Assembly: GCA_963702005.1 (NCBI GenBank)
Contig: OY969696.1
Coordinates: 2,080,001-2,144,000, forward strand
Direction of reading: 5' to 3'
DNA: 64,000 nt
From: Candidatus Aminicenantes bacterium
Lineage (GTDB): Bacteria > Acidobacteriota > Aminicenantia > Aminicenantales > JAFGBC01
Positions 47,419 through 56,504 of the stretch are shown here, in pieces. The stretch's first letter is position 1. Each line of letters opens with the position of its first letter. Position numbers and translations under genes: made by a program. Under the pieces are notes generated by a model that did not search any database, was not told where the DNA came from, and worked only from the letters and a program-made list of their open reading frames with translations.

Positions 47419-47859
47419 ATGAATATCAAGATCACGAAAGACCAGTTCGAGAAACTCCTCCATCTGGCCTACATGGGGAACTGGGTCGTCAACGGATACC
47501 GGTCTGAGGATCCCAAGGAGGAATACGACGAGGCGGCCGGGATCGTCTATGCCCACGCCCTGGAGGCCGGGCTCAAGTCCATGATCGAATTCGACGAGGC
47601 GGAGGGGCGGTATTTCCCGTCGGCGAAGCTCGAGGAAGATCTCGCGGACCTCATCGACGATTACGAGGACTGGGCGTTCTGGGACCTCCTCGTCCTCAAG
47701 CTCGCCGAGCGCGACCTCGTCCGGCAGGTCGGGCAGGAGGCCGTGGACGCCATGGGCGACAAGGAGCTCGATGAGCGGCGGGCGCCCTTCGTCCAGAAAT
47801 ACGAGAAAGAAATCGAGAAGCACGGGATATTGAACCTGGAGATTATGAGGTTTTCGTAG
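47419..47859 (+). CDS. Conserved-looking acidic hypothetical protein
   Basis: Host-like codon usage; GAGGGA RBS; FWDLLVLKLAERD...YEKEIEKHG. Confidence 0.7.
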   Translation: MNIKITKDQFEKLLHLAYMGNWVVNGYRSEDPKEEYDEAAGIVYAHALEAGLKSMIEFDEAEGRYFPSAKLEEDLADLIDDYEDWAFWDLLVLKLAERDLVRQVGQEAVDAMGDKELDERRAPFVQKYEKEIEKHGILNLEIMRFS

Positions 47860-48007
47860 AATTCGGGGGACACACGACTTAATTCATGATGAGCATCCCG
47901 GGGACAGGTCGGTTATTTCAAGAGAAGAATAAGAGAATTCTGGGGACACGTAACTTATTTCATAAGAAATAAGCAACATGTCCCCAGAATTCATGTCCCC
48001 AAAATTC
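47859..48007. repeat. REP-like family A cluster between convergent genes
   Basis: GAATTCGGGGGACACACGACTTAATTC, then hairpin GAATTCTGGGGACACG...TGTCCCCAGAATTC and an extra arm; touches both stop codons. Confidence 0.85.
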
Positions 48008-49331
48008 AATGGACACGGAGGGCGTTGCCGCGCATCAGTTTCTCGGCGATGAGGACGGCCTTGCCCTCCGAGACGATCCCCTCGTCGATGAGCCGGGACA
48101 GCGCCAGATATAAAGCGTCCCTCGTGACCCGGGCCGCGATCCAGTAGAAGACGGGCGCGCCGGCGTCGCTTCCGAACATGATCTTTTCCGAGGCGCCCGG
48201 ATAGGACAGCCAATCGTAGAGGATCCCGGCCAGCTCGCGCGGATAGACCATCCAGTTCACGGCCGAGAAATCCACGAACGCGTTCCGCTTCTCGAGGAGC
48301 GGCTTGAGCTTGTCCCATTGGGGATAACCGGCGTGGAGCATGACGAACCGGGTATCCTTGAAACGGATGTCGGACAAGACGCTCTCCAGGTTCAGCGGGC
48401 TGGAGTCGAGGCTGCGCAGCCCGGCGTCCGCGCCGAACCCGGTGTGGACGTGGACGGGGAGGTTGAGCCGGCCCGCCTCGAGGAAAACGGCCCGGGCGAT
48501 GAAGTCCTGGAGCTTTTTGTAGTCCTCCCAGCGGGTGAGAGTCCCGGCGAGGCCGCTCGCGAAGAGCGCGGCCGCTTCGTCCTCGTCGACATCGCCGAAC
48601 CAGAGCGTCCGAAAGTAGGCGCTTACGACCTTGACGGCGACGGCGCCGTTTTTCTTGTCGTCGGCAAGGACGGCTTTGACGTAGGTCAGGTAGGAGGCGA
48701 GGTCATTGAACTTTATGCCGAACTTGACGGACTCGGCCGCGACGGCTCGGCTCGAGTCGTCCAGGATCGCGATGAGGTAAGGCGAGACATTCTTGAGCTT
48801 GGCGCCGCCGAAGGGATAGAACAGGTGGTCGACGAAGGCGACCGAGGAGACGCGGGCCGGGTCGAGATCCCTGGGAGGAGCGTCGGCATTGGCGAAGGTC
48901 CGCTCGATCCCCGCGATGTCGAGGACGCGGTTGAAGCCGTCTTTTTTGCCGGCAGCCCAGAACTCCTTGGAGAGGGCCTCGAGCGCCGGGATGTCCTCGG
49001 CCCGGACGCTCTCGCTTTTGTAACCGTAGACGGCGCGAAGCGCTTGAGGCTCGAGTGTATCGAAGACGGCGATCCGCTCGGGCCTGACGGGCCAGTAGGG
49101 CCGGCCGATCGGGGGCTCGAGCTCCGGGTAGGGGTCCTGAGGATCGTAGGCGCGGTGGCCGGCGACGGGATGGCTGTGGACGTCGATGAAGCGCGTGGCC
49201 TCAATGAAGGCGCGGAGTTTGGCGTAGGGCGTCTCGGCGGCTGCGGCGGCGGACAAAGCGGGAGAAGAAGCGGAAGCGATAATAGCGGTGAATAAAAAAA
49301 GGATGAAGAATAGGGTGGCCGGCTTTCTCAC
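48006..49331 (-). CDS. Secreted amidohydrolase-family protein
   Basis: Signal peptide; IDVHSH, VHVHTG, MLHAGYP, MFGSD, GNALR. Confidence 0.88.
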   Translation of the reverse strand: MRKPATLFFILFLFTAIIASASSPALSAAAAAETPYAKLRAFIEATRFIDVHSHPVAGHRAYDPQDPYPELEPPIGRPYWPVRPERIAVFDTLEPQALRAVYGYKSESVRAEDIPALEALSKEFWAAGKKDGFNRVLDIAGIERTFANADAPPRDLDPARVSSVAFVDHLFYPFGGAKLKNVSPYLIAILDDSSRAVAAESVKFGIKFNDLASYLTYVKAVLADDKKNGAVAVKVVSAYFRTLWFGDVDEDEAAALFASGLAGTLTRWEDYKKLQDFIARAVFLEAGRLNLPVHVHTGFGADAGLRSLDSSPLNLESVLSDIRFKDTRFVMLHAGYPQWDKLKPLLEKRNAFVDFSAVNWMVYPRELAGILYDWLSYPGASEKIMFGSDAGAPVFYWIAARVTRDALYLALSRLIDEGIVSEGKAVLIAEKLMRGNALRVH

Positions 49332-49458
49332 TAGGGGCCTCCTTTTCGGGCGATCTCCGGTCGGAGGTCATTGTAGCATATCGGAATCGCGAGCTTGAAA
49401 ATATACAAAGATTGTATATAATTAATTTGAAGGCTTATTTCGAAAAAGGAGAGACATA

Positions 49459-49704
49459 ATGGTCGTGAGCACCGTCAATATATCCTTCAGGAAGGATCTC
49501 TTGGCCAAGATCGACGAAGCCGCCCGGGAAGAATGCCGAACCCGCTCCGAGCTGATCCGCGAAGCCGCCCGGCTCTATGTCGAACGGAAGGATAGGTGGG
49601 ACAGGATATTCAAATTTGGCGAACGCCAGGCCGCCCGACGGGGCTTGACCGAGGCGGATGTCGGCGCCGAGATCGGGAGAACCCGTGCGGGCCGGAAAAA
49701 GTAA
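49459..49704 (+). CDS. RHH/CopG antitoxin
   Basis: TVNISFRKDLLAKIDEAAREECRTRSELIREAAR. Confidence 0.85.
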   Translation: MVVSTVNISFRKDLLAKIDEAAREECRTRSELIREAARLYVERKDRWDRIFKFGERQAARRGLTEADVGAEIGRTRAGRKK

Positions 49705-50107
49705 GCCTCGGGTCGTTGTCCTGGATTCGAACATCCTGATTTCGGCCATCGCCTTTCCCGGCAAGCCTCGGACTATTCTGGAGCGGGCCCTACGAAGGGA
49801 GTTCCGGCTGGCCTTATCAAATTCCATTCTGGAAGAGGTTGAGGCCGTTCTCTCCGGGAAGAAATTCCTATTCCCGGAACGGATGGTACGGCTCGTCATG
49901 AACGAGCTCGAGGCCCTGGCCGATTTCGTGGAGCCGAAGTCCGCGATAAAGCTTGTCCGTGAGGACCCGGACGACAACAGAATTCTGGAGTGCGCCGTCG
50001 AAGCCGGTGCGGATGTCATCGTGACTGGGGACGAGCACTTGTTGAGGTTGAGAGAAGCGCTGGGGATTTCGCTATTGAGCGCGGACGAATTCCTTCAGAG
50101 AAAATAG
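49685..50107 (+). CDS. PIN-family toxin
   Basis: VVLDSNILIS...DPDDNRILECA...IVTGDEHL; GTG 49685 after GGGAGA (start uncertain). Confidence 0.85.
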   Translation: MRAGKSKPRVVVLDSNILISAIAFPGKPRTILERALRREFRLALSNSILEEVEAVLSGKKFLFPERMVRLVMNELEALADFVEPKSAIKLVREDPDDNRILECAVEAGADVIVTGDEHLLRLREALGISLLSADEFLQRK

Positions 50108-50133
50108 AATTCCAGTAAGTTCGTGGAATTCAA

Positions 50134-50162
50134 TTGACGTTATAGCGTTAAAACGTTATAAT
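50134..50162 (+). promoter_or_regulatory. Promoter with CGTTA repeats
   Basis: TTGACG, 17 bp, TATAAT; three CGTTA repeats (candidate RHH operator). Confidence 0.55.
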
Positions 50163-50183
50163 ATCGTACATGGAGGAAGGGCG

Positions 50184-50417
50184 ATGAAAGAGCCGAATAA
50201 ACGGGTAACTGTTTATCTGAAACCCGCCTATCACCGAGCCCTCCGTGTTAAGGCGGCCGAGACGGAATACTCCGTTTCCGACTTGGTTAACGAAGCCGTC
50301 CAACGCGCGCTGGCCGAGGACGCTGCGGACCTCGAGGCGTTCGAGAAACGGGAGCGCGAGCCTCTTCTCGCCTTTGAGGATGTTCTAAAGAAGCTCAAGA
50401 AGGATGGAAAGATATAA
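50184..50417 (+). CDS. CopG-family antitoxin
   Basis: KRVTVYL...HRALRVKAAE...SVSDLVNEAV...EDAADL. Confidence 0.85.
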   Translation: MKEPNKRVTVYLKPAYHRALRVKAAETEYSVSDLVNEAVQRALAEDAADLEAFEKREREPLLAFEDVLKKLKKDGKI

Positions 50418-50661
50418 GGTCTTCCTCCGGAAATCCGCGGCCGGCGAGCTGAGCGCGTTGTCCGGAAAAGTCCTTCAACGTATCGTCGCAAAGATCCAGG
50501 GGCTTGAGACGAATCCGCGGCCGCTGGGCTGCCGTAAGCTTTCTGCCGAGGAGAAGTATCGGCTACGGCAAGGGGATTACCGGATCGTCTATTCGGTCCA
50601 GGATAAAGATAAAACCGTCATTATCGTCAAAATCGGACACAGACAAGAGATCTATAAATAA
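50404..50661 (+). CDS. relE: RelE/ParE toxin
   Basis: NPRPLGCRKL...YRLRQGDYRIVY...VKIGHRQEIY. Confidence 0.9.
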   Translation: MERYKVFLRKSAAGELSALSGKVLQRIVAKIQGLETNPRPLGCRKLSAEEKYRLRQGDYRIVYSVQDKDKTVIIVKIGHRQEIYK

Positions 50662-50837
50662 AAATCCCAAAGACAAGGATGCAGCACTAATTGTCGGGGA
50701 AATAACAGTCATTTTTCTGGATGCGGAGTGAGAATGAAGATCTCGTTTTATCGTTTGAATATTAAAGGATTGACACGGCAGACAAGGAATAATACAATAG
50801 GTAAGGAAGTAAGATAGAAAGAAAGTAAGGAGATCAT

Positions 50838-51104
50838 ATGGAAATCATGGAAATCGCCAGAATGACCTCCAAGGGGCAGGTCACGATTCCATTTAGGATT
50901 AGGGATATTCTTAAGCTTGAAGAAGGATCGATGTTGATGTTCAAGGTCACGGAGAAAGGGGTTTTCCTCACGCCTTGCGAAGTCAGAGAAAGTAACCCCT
51001 ACAGCGAAGAGGAGTGGAGAAAGATCGATAGACTCGTCGCGGAAAAAGGAAAAAAGTATGGATCCGCGCGAGCCGCTAAAAAGCACTTGAAATCCCTTAT
51101 TTAA
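50838..51104 (+). CDS. AbrB/MazE-family DNA-binding protein (orphan antitoxin)
   Basis: ARMTSKGQVTIPFRIRDILKLEEG; no toxin follows (the next gene is convergent). Confidence 0.85.
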   Translation: MEIMEIARMTSKGQVTIPFRIRDILKLEEGSMLMFKVTEKGVFLTPCEVRESNPYSEEEWRKIDRLVAEKGKKYGSARAAKKHLKSLI

Positions 51105-51663
51105 CCCGTTTCATGACGCCCTTGGAGTAGCAGGCGAACTCCTGGCCGGGTGCGGCCAGGTCGAAGGTCTGCTCGAACGAATTTTCGTCGAGGATGCGAT
51201 AGGTCAGGCGGGCCGAAAAACCGGGCGGGATGTTCTCGATGGCCTCAGAGACGAAGACGAAGGTTTTGCCGTCGGCGGCCGGGCCGTCGGAGACGTATTG
51301 ATTGACGAAGCCCTCGACATGGAATTGGCGGAAGACGTATTTCTTGCGGGCTGTATCGTAGCTGATGAGGCCGAAGTCTTCGTGGACTTCGCCCGCAGGA
51401 TTTTGTCCCTGCGGCTCGAACCTGGCCTCGTTGCGCACCTGGAGGTATTTGCCCCGGAGGATGAACCCCCAAGTCTGCTTCCCGTGCGAGACCCCTGGCT
51501 TGCCCTGGCCCGTCCCTTCCCAGCGTCCTTCAAAGAACCGGAAGGGCTTCCAGATGTCCTGGGCTTGGCTTTGGCTCGCGTCGGTTTGAGCGGCGGCGCC
51601 GGCAAAACTGACGAGCGATGAAAAGGCTATGAGTGCAATGACAATCGTTCTGGCTGTTCGCAT
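51097..51663 (-). CDS. Secreted hypothetical protein, probable beta-barrel
   Basis: Signal peptide MRTARTIVIALIAFSSL; FFEGRWEGTG start motif of a lipocalin/nitrobindin-like fold. Confidence 0.65.
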   Translation of the reverse strand: MRTARTIVIALIAFSSLVSFAGAAAQTDASQSQAQDIWKPFRFFEGRWEGTGQGKPGVSHGKQTWGFILRGKYLQVRNEARFEPQGQNPAGEVHEDFGLISYDTARKKYVFRQFHVEGFVNQYVSDGPAADGKTFVFVSEAIENIPPGFSARLTYRILDENSFEQTFDLAAPGQEFACYSKGVMKRVK

Positions 51664-51867
51664 TTCGACTCCTTCCATTGCGCCTATCTTATCATGGACG
51701 AGACGTTCCAGCATCGCCAATTATCAGTTGATTTTCGCCCGGGTTTGCTATAAAGCTAAGAGTAATGAACAGCCGGGGTTTATCCGCGACTTGTCGGCCC
51801 GGCGCAATCCCCCGAGCTTTCCTTGATTTATCGGGAGGCTCCTTTTGATCTCACGAGGAGGTCAGCC

Positions 51868-52818
51868 ATGAAACGAAGAGAATTCGTATCCAAAGGATTC
51901 GGCGCGGCGACGGCCGCCGCGGCGCTCGGTGTCGGCGGGTTCGCGGCAGGCCGGGCGCAGGAGGCTGCGGGCGTCCAGGCCCAGGCGCCGACAGCCGCGG
52001 CGAAGTCCATCTTCAAACTCCGCTACGCGCCGCCCTTCGGCATGTTCAAGGCCCACGCCGGCGACGACCCGATCGCCCAGATCCGGTTCGCCGCCGACGA
52101 GGGGTTCGGCGCCATGTTCGACAACGGCCTGATGGGCCGTCCCGCCGCCCAGCAGGAGTCCATCGTCAAGGAGCTCGAGCGGCGCGGCATGATCCTGGGC
52201 CCCTTCGTCCTTTACGCCGATTTCGGCGTCAGAAGCTTCGTGACCCGCGACTGGGACATCCGCGACATGCTCCTGGCCAAGATGCGTCAGGGCGTCGAAA
52301 CCATGAAGCGGACGGGCTGCAAATGGGCCCTGGTCGTTCCCGGCCACTTCGACGAGAGCCTGGCCTGGGAATACCAGACCGCCAATGTCGTCGACAACCT
52401 CCATTTCTGCATGGAGGTCTGCGAGGCCGCCGGCCTCATCCTCGTCCTCGAGCCGCTCAACCCCAAGGACCATCCCGGCCTGTTCCTGACCCGGATTCCG
52501 CAAGCCTATGCCATCACCAAGGCGGTCGGCAGCCCCTCCTGCAAGATCCTGGACGACTTGTATCATCAGCAGATCACGGAGGGGAATCTCATTCCCAACA
52601 TCGACGCGGCCTGGGACGAGATCGCGGCTTTCCACCTCGGCGACACTCCCGGCCGCAAGGAGCCGGGGACGGGCGAGATCAACTATCGAAATATCTTCAA
52701 GCACATTCACGCCAAGGGCTATCAGGGCGTCCTGTGCATGGAGCATGGGATGAGCCTGAAGGGCAAGGAAGGCGAGCGGGCCGTCATCGATGCTTACAAA
52801 ATTTGCGACGAGTTTTAA
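51868..52818 (+). CDS. Tat-exported hydroxypyruvate-isomerase-like TIM barrel
   Basis: MKRREFV Tat motif; LEPLN, DLYHQQ, PGRKEPGTGEINY, MEH. Confidence 0.88.
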   Translation: MKRREFVSKGFGAATAAAALGVGGFAAGRAQEAAGVQAQAPTAAAKSIFKLRYAPPFGMFKAHAGDDPIAQIRFAADEGFGAMFDNGLMGRPAAQQESIVKELERRGMILGPFVLYADFGVRSFVTRDWDIRDMLLAKMRQGVETMKRTGCKWALVVPGHFDESLAWEYQTANVVDNLHFCMEVCEAAGLILVLEPLNPKDHPGLFLTRIPQAYAITKAVGSPSCKILDDLYHQQITEGNLIPNIDAAWDEIAAFHLGDTPGRKEPGTGEINYRNIFKHIHAKGYQGVLCMEHGMSLKGKEGERAVIDAYKICDEF

Positions 52819-52842
52819 TTAAGTCGTGTGTCCCCGGAATTC
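52817..52842. repeat. REP-like family A, right arm only
   Basis: AATTAAGTCGTGTGTCCCCGGAATTC, nearly the reverse complement of the arm at 47859-47885. Confidence 0.75.
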
Positions 52843-52853
52843 AGGAGGAATAA

Positions 52854-54131
52854 ATGAGTGAACGGGCGGACAAAAGCCATCTGACTAGACGAGATTTCAT
52901 CAAGGCTTCGGCGGCGGCCTCGATCGCGGCCGCCATCCCCGGAAGCCTCGGGCTCCACGCGGCGGGCTCGGACGCGATCAAGATCGGGATCATCGGCTGC
53001 GGCGGACGCGGCACGGGCGCCGCCATCGACGCCATGGACGCCGCGCCGGGGGTCGAAGTTGTGGCCCTCCACGACGCGTTCCAGGACCGCCTCGACGGAT
53101 CGCTCAAGCGCCTGCGGGAGAAGCATGCCGACAAGATCAAGGTCACGCCCGACCGCTGCTTCGTGGGTCTAGACGGTCATGAGCGGCTGTGCGCCCTTCC
53201 CGACGTCAACATGGTCGTCCTGGCCGCCCCGCCCGGCTTCCGGCCCATGCACCTCAAGGCCGCCGTCGAGGCCGGCAAAAACGTCTTCATGGAAAAGCCG
53301 GTCGCGGTGGACCCGGTCGGCATCCGCTCCGTCATCGCCTCATCGGACCTGGCGCTCCGCAAGGGTTTGGCCGTCGTGGCCGGGACGCAGCGGCGCCACC
53401 AGGCCAGCTACCTCGAACTCATGAAGCGGATCCACGCCGGCGAGATAGGGGAGCTCGTCGGCGGCCAGTGCTACTGGAACCAGGGCTTCCTGTGGGTCAA
53501 GGCGCGCGAAGCCGGCTGGTCCGACATGGAGTGGCAGTGCCGCAACTGGCTCTATTTCACCTGGCTGTCGGGGGATCACATCGTCGAACAGCACGTCCAC
53601 AACATCGATGTCATCAACTGGGCTTTCCGCGCCCTCCCGGTCCGCTGCTTCGCCATGGGCGGCCGCCAAGTCCGGACCGCACCCGAGTGCGGGAACATTT
53701 TCGACCATTTCGCGGTCGAGTTCGAATATCCCAACGGCGTCCGCATCCTGAGCATGTGCCGCCAGATCGACGGGACCTTCGAGCGGGTGGAGGAGAGGAT
53801 CGTCGGGACCAAGGGCGTCGGGTTCGGATTCGGCGAGATCCGGGGCGAGAAGCCCTGGAAGTTCGAGGGGGAAGAGCCCAATCCCTACGTCGTCGAGCAT
53901 GCCGACCTCATCGCGAGCGTCCGCGCCGGGACGCCGCTCAACGAAGGCCGCCGGATCGCGGAAAGCACGCTCTGCGCGATCATGGGCCGGATGAGCGCCT
54001 ACACGGGCCGGGCCATGAGCTGGGAATGGGTTCTGAATTCCTCCCAGCTCGACCTCATGCCGGCCAAGCTCGAGTTCGGGCCGCTCCCGGTCGCGCCGGT
54101 CGCCGTCCCCGGCCAAACCCCGTTGATTTAG
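52854..54131 (+). CDS. Tat-exported Gfo/Idh/MocA oxidoreductase
   Basis: TRRDFIK, GIIGCGGRG, FMEKP, GTQRR, EQHVHNID. Confidence 0.92.
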   Translation: MSERADKSHLTRRDFIKASAAASIAAAIPGSLGLHAAGSDAIKIGIIGCGGRGTGAAIDAMDAAPGVEVVALHDAFQDRLDGSLKRLREKHADKIKVTPDRCFVGLDGHERLCALPDVNMVVLAAPPGFRPMHLKAAVEAGKNVFMEKPVAVDPVGIRSVIASSDLALRKGLAVVAGTQRRHQASYLELMKRIHAGEIGELVGGQCYWNQGFLWVKAREAGWSDMEWQCRNWLYFTWLSGDHIVEQHVHNIDVINWAFRALPVRCFAMGGRQVRTAPECGNIFDHFAVEFEYPNGVRILSMCRQIDGTFERVEERIVGTKGVGFGFGEIRGEKPWKFEGEEPNPYVVEHADLIASVRAGTPLNEGRRIAESTLCAIMGRMSAYTGRAMSWEWVLNSSQLDLMPAKLEFGPLPVAPVAVPGQTPLI

Positions 54132-54134
54132 AGC

Positions 54135-54166
54135 GGGGTCAAACCTACACTTTGTCACAAAGTGTA
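54135..54166. repeat. REP-like family B, truncated copy
   Basis: GGGGTCAAACCTACACTTTGTCACAAAGTGTA. Confidence 0.8.
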
Positions 54167-54200
54167 AATTGCAGGCATGCTCCCGAAGAGGAGAGACGGG

Positions 54201-55076
54201 ATGATCGATCCGTATCTTGAGGGCCGAGTCGTTCTCATCACGGGCGCCAACAATCCGCGCGGGATCGGCGCGGCGACGGCGCGCGCCTTTGCGGCCCAGG
54301 GAGCTCAAATCTTCATCACGTCCTATCGCACTCCATTGGACGCGGCCGCCGCGGAGCTGGAAGAAGCCCGCGCAAGCGGAATCGGAGGACAGCGCTTCTA
54401 TGAGGCGATGCAGCAGCAGTCGCCCGAGATCGTCGTCGGCGAGATCGAGACTCAACACGGCCGGGCCGCCTGGTGGGAAGCGGACTTGTCCGATCCCGAT
54501 AACATCCCCCGTCTGTTCGACGCCTGCGAGGAAGGGCTTGGCCCCGTCGACATCCTCGTCAACAACCACGCCCATTGGCAGCCGGACACCTTCGATCCGG
54601 GGCTTATGACCGGCGAAGGCTACGGAGTCCGTCCCACGAACCGTTCGATTATTGACGCCCATTACGAGGTCAATGCGCGGGCCTGCGCCCTCCTGATGGC
54701 CGAGTATGTCAAGCGGTTCTTGGCGCGGGGCGCGACCCGGGGCCGGATCATCAATATCAGCACGGATGCGGCCCACGCGCACTTCGCGGCCGTCAGCTAC
54801 GCGGCCAGCAAGCACGCGATCGAATCCTACAGCCGTTCCGCGGCCTGTGAACTCGGCAAGTACGGTATCACGGTCAACATCGTCGCGCCCGGGCCGGTTC
54901 AGTCGGGCTGGCTCCGGCCCGACGAAGAAGCGGACATCGGCACCAAGACGCCGCTGGGCAGAGTCGGCCGGCCCGAGGATATCGCGGATGTCGTCGTCTT
55001 TCTGGCCTCCGAGCAGGCCCGCTGGCTGACCGGGCAGCTCATCTACGCGGGCGGCGGATGGAGGATGCATCAATAG
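54201..55076 (+). CDS. SDR-family oxidoreductase
   Basis: ITGANNPRGIG, LVNN, YAASK, VAPGP, WLTGQ. Confidence 0.92.
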   Translation: MIDPYLEGRVVLITGANNPRGIGAATARAFAAQGAQIFITSYRTPLDAAAAELEEARASGIGGQRFYEAMQQQSPEIVVGEIETQHGRAAWWEADLSDPDNIPRLFDACEEGLGPVDILVNNHAHWQPDTFDPGLMTGEGYGVRPTNRSIIDAHYEVNARACALLMAEYVKRFLARGATRGRIINISTDAAHAHFAAVSYAASKHAIESYSRSAACELGKYGITVNIVAPGPVQSGWLRPDEEADIGTKTPLGRVGRPEDIADVVVFLASEQARWLTGQLIYAGGGWRMHQ

Positions 55077-55090
55077 AAATTATGAGAAAC

Positions 55091-55140
55091 GGGGTCAAAC
55101 CTACACTTTGCACTTTGTGACAAAGTGTAGGTTTGACCCC
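55091..55140. repeat. REP-like family B, full copy
   Basis: GGGGTCAAACCTACACTTTG-N10-CAAAGTGTAGGTTTGACCCC, perfect 20-bp arms. Confidence 0.9.
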
Positions 55141-55169
55141 GAGAAGTTGACCTTGAGAAGGAGATTAAG

Positions 55170-56474
55170 ATGCGAAGACGAGAGTTTCTGAAAACGATCC
55201 CGGCAGCGGCGGCGGGCGCGGCCGGCTTCCCGTCTATTGTCTCAGCTTCGGCCTTGGGCCTCGAAGGCCGCCCCCCGGCCTCGGACCGCATCGTCATGGC
55301 CGGAGTCGGGTTCGGCATGATGGGCCCCGGGAACATGGAGGCCCTCCTGAGCAAGGACGAAGTCCAGTGGGTCGCGGTCTGCGACCTGGATAAGAACCAT
55401 CTGGCCGAGGCCAAGGCCATGGCCGACACGAAGTACGGCAACAAGAGCTGCGCCGCCTACTCCAATTTCAGCGAGCTCCTCAACCGCCAAGACCTTGATG
55501 CCGTTTCTCTCGCCGTCCCCGACCACTGGCACGCCATCCTGGCTATCCAATCCGCCCGGTCCGGCTGGGACATCTACGGCGAGAAGCCGCTAACCCATAG
55601 CCTGCGCGAGGGCCGGGCCCTATGCGACGCCGTCAAGCGCTACGGCCGGGTCTGGCAGACCGGCTCCTGGCAGCGCTCGGTCGAGGACTTCCATCGCGCC
55701 TGCGAGCTCGTCCGCAACGGCAGGATCGGGAAGGTCCTCAAGATCGAGGTCGGGCTCCCCGAGGGCCACTACGACTTCGCCCGGACCTTCGGCCAGGAGG
55801 CGATCGTCCCGCCCCCGCCGGAGCTCGACTACGAGACCTGGGTCGGTCCCGCCCCCTACGTTCCCTACTGCAAGGCCCGCGTCCACATGAACTGGCGCTG
55901 GAACATGGATTTCGGCGGCGGCCAGCTCATGGACTGGATCGGCCATCACCTCGATATCGCCCACTGGGGGATGGGCTGGGACCTCGCCGGGCCGGTCGAG
56001 GTTTCGGGCACGGCCGAGTACGTTAAAAGCGGTATCTATAACAGTCCCGTTCGCTATAAGCTCGACGTCAAGTACGCGGACGGGACGCCCATGGTCATCG
56101 CCGGCGGCTATCCCGAGATCTGGATGGGCGCCAAGTGGATAGGCGAGCGGGGCTGGATCTGGGTCGACCGGAGCGGGTTCGTGACCGAGCCGGCGAGCCT
56201 CAAGAACGAGCGGATAGGCCCCAACGAAATCCGGCTCTACCGCAGCCGCGACCACTATCAGAATTTCCTCGACTGCGTCAGGACGCGGGCCCTGACCATT
56301 GCTCCCTGCGAGGTCGCCCACCACTCGGCGAGCGTCGGCCACCTGGGCGTCATCGCCATAGAGACGGGACGCAAGATCCGTTGGGACCCGGCGACCGAGA
56401 CCATCATCGGAGACCCGGACGCCGAAAGGCTTCTGAGCCGGGCTTATCGGAAACCTTGGCAGCTTCCTGGATAG
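55170..56474 (+). CDS. Tat-exported Gfo/Idh/MocA oxidoreductase
   Basis: MRRREFLK, PDHWH, YGEKP, QTGSWQRS, DWIGHHLD. Confidence 0.92.
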   Translation: MRRREFLKTIPAAAAGAAGFPSIVSASALGLEGRPPASDRIVMAGVGFGMMGPGNMEALLSKDEVQWVAVCDLDKNHLAEAKAMADTKYGNKSCAAYSNFSELLNRQDLDAVSLAVPDHWHAILAIQSARSGWDIYGEKPLTHSLREGRALCDAVKRYGRVWQTGSWQRSVEDFHRACELVRNGRIGKVLKIEVGLPEGHYDFARTFGQEAIVPPPPELDYETWVGPAPYVPYCKARVHMNWRWNMDFGGGQLMDWIGHHLDIAHWGMGWDLAGPVEVSGTAEYVKSGIYNSPVRYKLDVKYADGTPMVIAGGYPEIWMGAKWIGERGWIWVDRSGFVTEPASLKNERIGPNEIRLYRSRDHYQNFLDCVRTRALTIAPCEVAHHSASVGHLGVIAIETGRKIRWDPATETIIGDPDAERLLSRAYRKPWQLPG

Positions 56475-56504
56475 GAAGAGGCACTTGAAAGATTGGAAAG
56501 GACA

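Noticed and set aside
53340-55073. 577-aa minus-strand ORF and similar long antisense ORFs (e.g. 35092-36555, 33829-34908)
   Set aside because: These are shadow frames of GC-rich genes that have clear family motifs on the other strand.
1054-55140. Palindromes as integron attC sites
   Set aside because: No RYYYAAC...GTTRRRY ends, no intI in the window, and flanking genes lie on both strands.
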